37,161 nt of DNA, taken from a virus. Below are positions 34,266 through 37,161 of the stretch, piece by piece (the first letter of the stretch is position 1; the number at the start of each line of letters is the position of its first letter). Where the stretch lies: the UHGV virus genome UHGV-0110762; one strand, written 5' to 3'. The notes under the pieces are model-generated. The model worked only from the letters and a program-made list of their open reading frames with translations. It was not told the origin of the DNA and did not search any database. Position numbers and translations under genes: made by a program.

Positions 34266-36629
34266 ATGGCACCATGCAACACTCTTAACCCGCCGGGTTC
34301 AACTGACCCACGCGATTTACGTGATAACGCTCAGAACCTGGATCAGGCGGTAAATGGAATTACCAACAAAACATGGACCGACAGGCTGGGTCGGATACGT
34401 AAATCGTGGAGTGGAATGGAATATGACTTCAATAATCAGATAGCTGATCAGGAAACGCGATTTCGCACCTTTATTGAAAATGCGGGCTATGACGTAATTG
34501 GAGATTATGAAGACGGCATAATTACTGTCTCTGAATACAATGAGCTGATTCGTTATGACGGTGAATTCTATAAGCTGTCTGCTGGTACCAAACCACCTTA
34601 TAAAACAGCCGGGACAACAAAAACTTCGTGGGATACAACTGACTCTTCCCATTTTGTCTCCGTAGGCGATGCCTCTCTTCGGCAGTTAATTCTCAGTGCT
34701 GCGGCACCATTATTTCAGGGACATATTAAAACCCTGGATTACTGGGCAGCAAAAATGCATGCCGGAGAGACGGTTATTATTACCAGCATAGCCGATTCGA
34801 CCGGTGATGGTAATGGCTCCACGGGGTGGACGGCAAACCCCACCACGCCTGTAACTGGCTTCCCGTGGGCCACTGCACCTCTGGCCAACAGTGACCATAA
34901 CGCAGAAGCGCCCAATGCATGGTGTGCCAGACTGCAGACAATCCTTCGGCAGTACCATCGTAACAACAACATTAGCGTTTATAACGCTGGGTATTCCGGC
35001 CAGCAAATGCAGAACGGCTGGGTAAATTATTACTTTGATAAAATCGTCCTGCAAAACCCCTATATTCCTTCTAACCCGGATATCGTGATCATCAGCTTCG
35101 GGCTGAACGATATTACAGACGCAGGAAATAAAATCACCGAGCATATCGCGCAAACAATCGAGGTCATGAAGAAGGTTATCGCAGCCGGCGCCACACCCGT
35201 ACTAACGACCTGCGATGCAAACTGGCGCTCCTACAACGGCTGGAACTCTGGTACTTCCGGGCGTGACAATGAAGAAGCTGCAGCCCAGATCGATGCCGCG
35301 AAAAAATACATGGCGGAGGTGCTGGGGGTGTCCATTATCGATCAGGACTTCATGCAAAAAACATGGATGTCCAAAAACAGCGATTACTCCAACCAGTATG
35401 AACTCCAGCCTGACGGCCTGCACTGGGGGGACGTTGGCCATGCGATGAAAGCGTCCTTTGTCGCTCAGTCGTTTATGCCTGACATTCTTCGCTGCTACGG
35501 TACTGATATTGAGCGTATCTGCTGGATGGACAGCCGGATGCGATATTCGAAGGACTACAATTCCAGCTGGGTTCCTGATACGGGGTCGGAGGGATATAAA
35601 TACTCGCGGTTCCCGCGGATCTGGTACATCCAGGCCGCAGACTATGTGGCGAGCGAGGTTATCTTTGACTTCTTCGTGTGGAGCGAGGGTAATCAGGATT
35701 CCCTGATATACCGCAATTTTGGCAACAGCAATATTGGATCTACATATGCAGCCGACCAGCTGCCGCGCGTGAGGGTCTTTTCACTCGGTAACTCTTCCGC
35801 CTATTACGATAAAGAGCTTCCGGACACCGGAGAGAACGAAGCAGCCATCAACGCGACAGACCGTCCATTCTATCTTACCAAGTTGAAATACGGGCTTAAC
35901 CGTATCCAGGTGATCGCGCCATCGGCGACAGTTCTCGGGGCATTCTGGGGCGGCTGGTTTGAGTTCAATCCGTTCTGGAAGGCCAGGGACACCTTTGGCT
36001 ACGTGAACAACTACGGCGCGCCAAATTATATTCAGGTGAATGCGCTGGAGAAAACCGGGCCTCTCGATTTCCGCTTCGAGGCGGATGCCACAAATAACCG
36101 CGTGGCGTTCATGAATCCTGAGATGTTTGACGGCACAAACTGCGCTGATATTGGACAGGTAGGTGACAAAGTTGAAATCCTGGTTGAGGGCTTCTTCGAC
36201 ACGGATACGGGTTTTCTTTTCTTTGGCGGGAAGTCCCTCAACCGAAACTCGGGAGCTGCAGATAATTATCAGGAGGATAATTGCCTGCTTTTGTATGCCA
36301 CGTCGAAAACATTTAACCTGCTACAGCTGCGCTATCCATACCAGGGTTCCGCTCCCTATCCTCAGATCCAGGCCGGGATAGACGATGTTTATAGTCCCAC
36401 CGATAGGGCAAGAAAGTTCCTCATCCGCTGCGAAAAAACCTCGCCTACAACTCAGACCGTTAAGGTCTACGACGGGTGGGAGACTATCGACACCCCTGTC
36501 CTGAACTATACGGGAGACTGGACGCAGGGGAAGTTCTGCGGCGGTGGGATTATTGGCGGAGTTTACGCAACGAGAAACATTGCCAGGACGGTGCGGATCA
36601 CTCAGTTGTTGATTCGTAAATTCAAATAA
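34266..36629 (+). CDS. Tail spike / side tail fibre with SGNH (GDSL-like) hydrolase domain, probable receptor-modifying esterase
   Basis: ATG 34266 after GGAGA; conserved tail-fibre N-terminus (NTLNPPGSTDPRDLRDNAQNLDQAVNGI); central IADSTGDG (block I-like) and ISFGLNDITD (GxND block) consistent with SGNH esterases. Confidence 0.65.
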   Translation: MAPCNTLNPPGSTDPRDLRDNAQNLDQAVNGITNKTWTDRLGRIRKSWSGMEYDFNNQIADQETRFRTFIENAGYDVIGDYEDGIITVSEYNELIRYDGEFYKLSAGTKPPYKTAGTTKTSWDTTDSSHFVSVGDASLRQLILSAAAPLFQGHIKTLDYWAAKMHAGETVIITSIADSTGDGNGSTGWTANPTTPVTGFPWATAPLANSDHNAEAPNAWCARLQTILRQYHRNNNISVYNAGYSGQQMQNGWVNYYFDKIVLQNPYIPSNPDIVIISFGLNDITDAGNKITEHIAQTIEVMKKVIAAGATPVLTTCDANWRSYNGWNSGTSGRDNEEAAAQIDAAKKYMAEVLGVSIIDQDFMQKTWMSKNSDYSNQYELQPDGLHWGDVGHAMKASFVAQSFMPDILRCYGTDIERICWMDSRMRYSKDYNSSWVPDTGSEGYKYSRFPRIWYIQAADYVASEVIFDFFVWSEGNQDSLIYRNFGNSNIGSTYAADQLPRVRVFSLGNSSAYYDKELPDTGENEAAINATDRPFYLTKLKYGLNRIQVIAPSATVLGAFWGGWFEFNPFWKARDTFGYVNNYGAPNYIQVNALEKTGPLDFRFEADATNNRVAFMNPEMFDGTNCADIGQVGDKVEILVEGFFDTDTGFLFFGGKSLNRNSGAADNYQEDNCLLLYATSKTFNLLQLRYPYQGSAPYPQIQAGIDDVYSPTDRARKFLIRCEKTSPTTQTVKVYDGWETIDTPVLNYTGDWTQGKFCGGGIIGGVYATRNIARTVRITQLLIRKFK

Positions 36630-36685
36630 CCCCCGGTGGCGTAGATTGATAGGTGTCGCCTCATTGATCTGCAACCCCTTTAAAA

Positions 36686-36705
36686 CTACTGTATATAAAA
36701 ACAGT
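36686..36705 (+). promoter_or_regulatory. LexA (SOS) box TACTGTATATAAAAACAGTG
   Basis: Matches the LexA consensus CTGT-N8-ACAG; lies 16 nt upstream of the umuD-like start codon. Confidence 0.7.
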
Positions 36706-36721
36706 GAAAGGAGTGCAGATC

Positions 36722-37111
36722 ATGGGCTTTCCTTCACCTGCTGCAGATTATGTTGAAACACGAATCTCCCTCGATCAGCAGTTAATCAGCCAGCCCGCAG
36801 CGACTTATTTCATGCGTGCATCGCGTTCACATTTCAGGGAAGGGATAATTCAGGGGGCGCTGCTTGTTGTTGATGCCTCACTTTCAGCCTGTGATGGCTC
36901 GCTGCTGATATGTGCGATAGACGGGGAATTCAGGATCAAGCGATATCGGACTCATCCTCAACCCCACCTGGTTAATCTGGAGAACGGGAGAAGGGAGGCG
37001 TTGCCAGTAGATGATGACGGTTACAGTTCTGCACCCGCTATATTCGGGGTGATCACGTACATCATTAATGATGCCAGGAACGCGGAGTTTGATGACTGCC
37101 CGGTGATGTGA
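36722..37111 (+). CDS. umuD: UmuD-like protein (S24 family, error-prone polymerase V accessory subunit) beginning at the position of the UmuD' cleavage product
   Basis: ATG 36722 lies 8 nt after AAGGAG; MGFPSPAADYVE...ATYF...LLVVD...DGEF.IKR matches E. coli UmuD from Gly25 onward as recalled; no coding capacity for the N-terminal arm. Confidence 0.75.
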   Translation: MGFPSPAADYVETRISLDQQLISQPAATYFMRASRSHFREGIIQGALLVVDASLSACDGSLLICAIDGEFRIKRYRTHPQPHLVNLENGRREALPVDDDGYSSAPAIFGVITYIINDARNAEFDDCPVM

Positions 37112-37161
37112 ATAGTTGAAACTTTACGGTAAAGTCGATGTTTTGTGTCGGGGTTTTTCCC

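Noticed and set aside
36704-36721. GTG start at 36704 for the umuD-like gene (MKGVQIMGFPSPA...)
   Set aside because: The GTG lies inside the LexA box and has no RBS, whereas ATG 36722 sits 8 nt after a perfect AAGGAG; even the longer form would lack the UmuD N-terminal arm.
37112-37161. Possible umuC start (ATG at 37138) at the right edge
   Set aside because: Only 8 codons are visible and they do not convincingly match the Y-family polymerase N-terminus; cannot be supported from this window.

Overview
The window is almost entirely one lambdoid (lambda-like siphovirus) prophage of an enterobacterial host, read here in classic lambda map order. Left to right: excisionase at the left edge (integrase and attL must lie off-window), a leftward early operon (DEDDh exonuclease, several small unknowns, an HD-domain YfdR-like hydrolase, YfdQ-like and YfdP-like proteins), an immunity region (CI-like S24 repressor divergent from Cro-like and CII-like genes, with repeated operator motifs on both sides of cI), a replication module (O-like initiator with internal iterons, then a Dam-family methyltransferase carrying a long unknown C-terminal extension), a nin-like region (RusA, Rha/KilAC antirepressor, DUF968 protein), a Q-like zinc-finger protein followed by a strong promoter and short-transcript terminator, an AT-rich moron encoding a membrane-anchored unknown protein, a lysis cassette (holin pair, GH19 endolysin, Rz/Rz1), a second AT-rich accessory island (divergent unknown genes, a truncated HNH remnant, a BamE-like lipoprotein, a DUF2190 paralog with an in-frame amber codon), a cos-like site, and lambda-type packaging, head and tail genes (Nu1/A/W/B, protease-capsid fusion, decoration, FII/Z/U/V/G-T/H, tail-tip proteins, J-like fibre), ending with an SGNH-esterase tail spike and an SOS-box-controlled umuD'-like gene. 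No rRNA, tRNA or CRISPR array was recognised. All homology statements are from reading the translated ORFs and recalling family signatures; no database search was run. The most likely places for an undescribed accessory or defence function are the three AT-rich islands (5.28-5.70 kb, 12.8-13.5 kb, 15.5-17.3 kb) and the unusual methyltransferase fusion.
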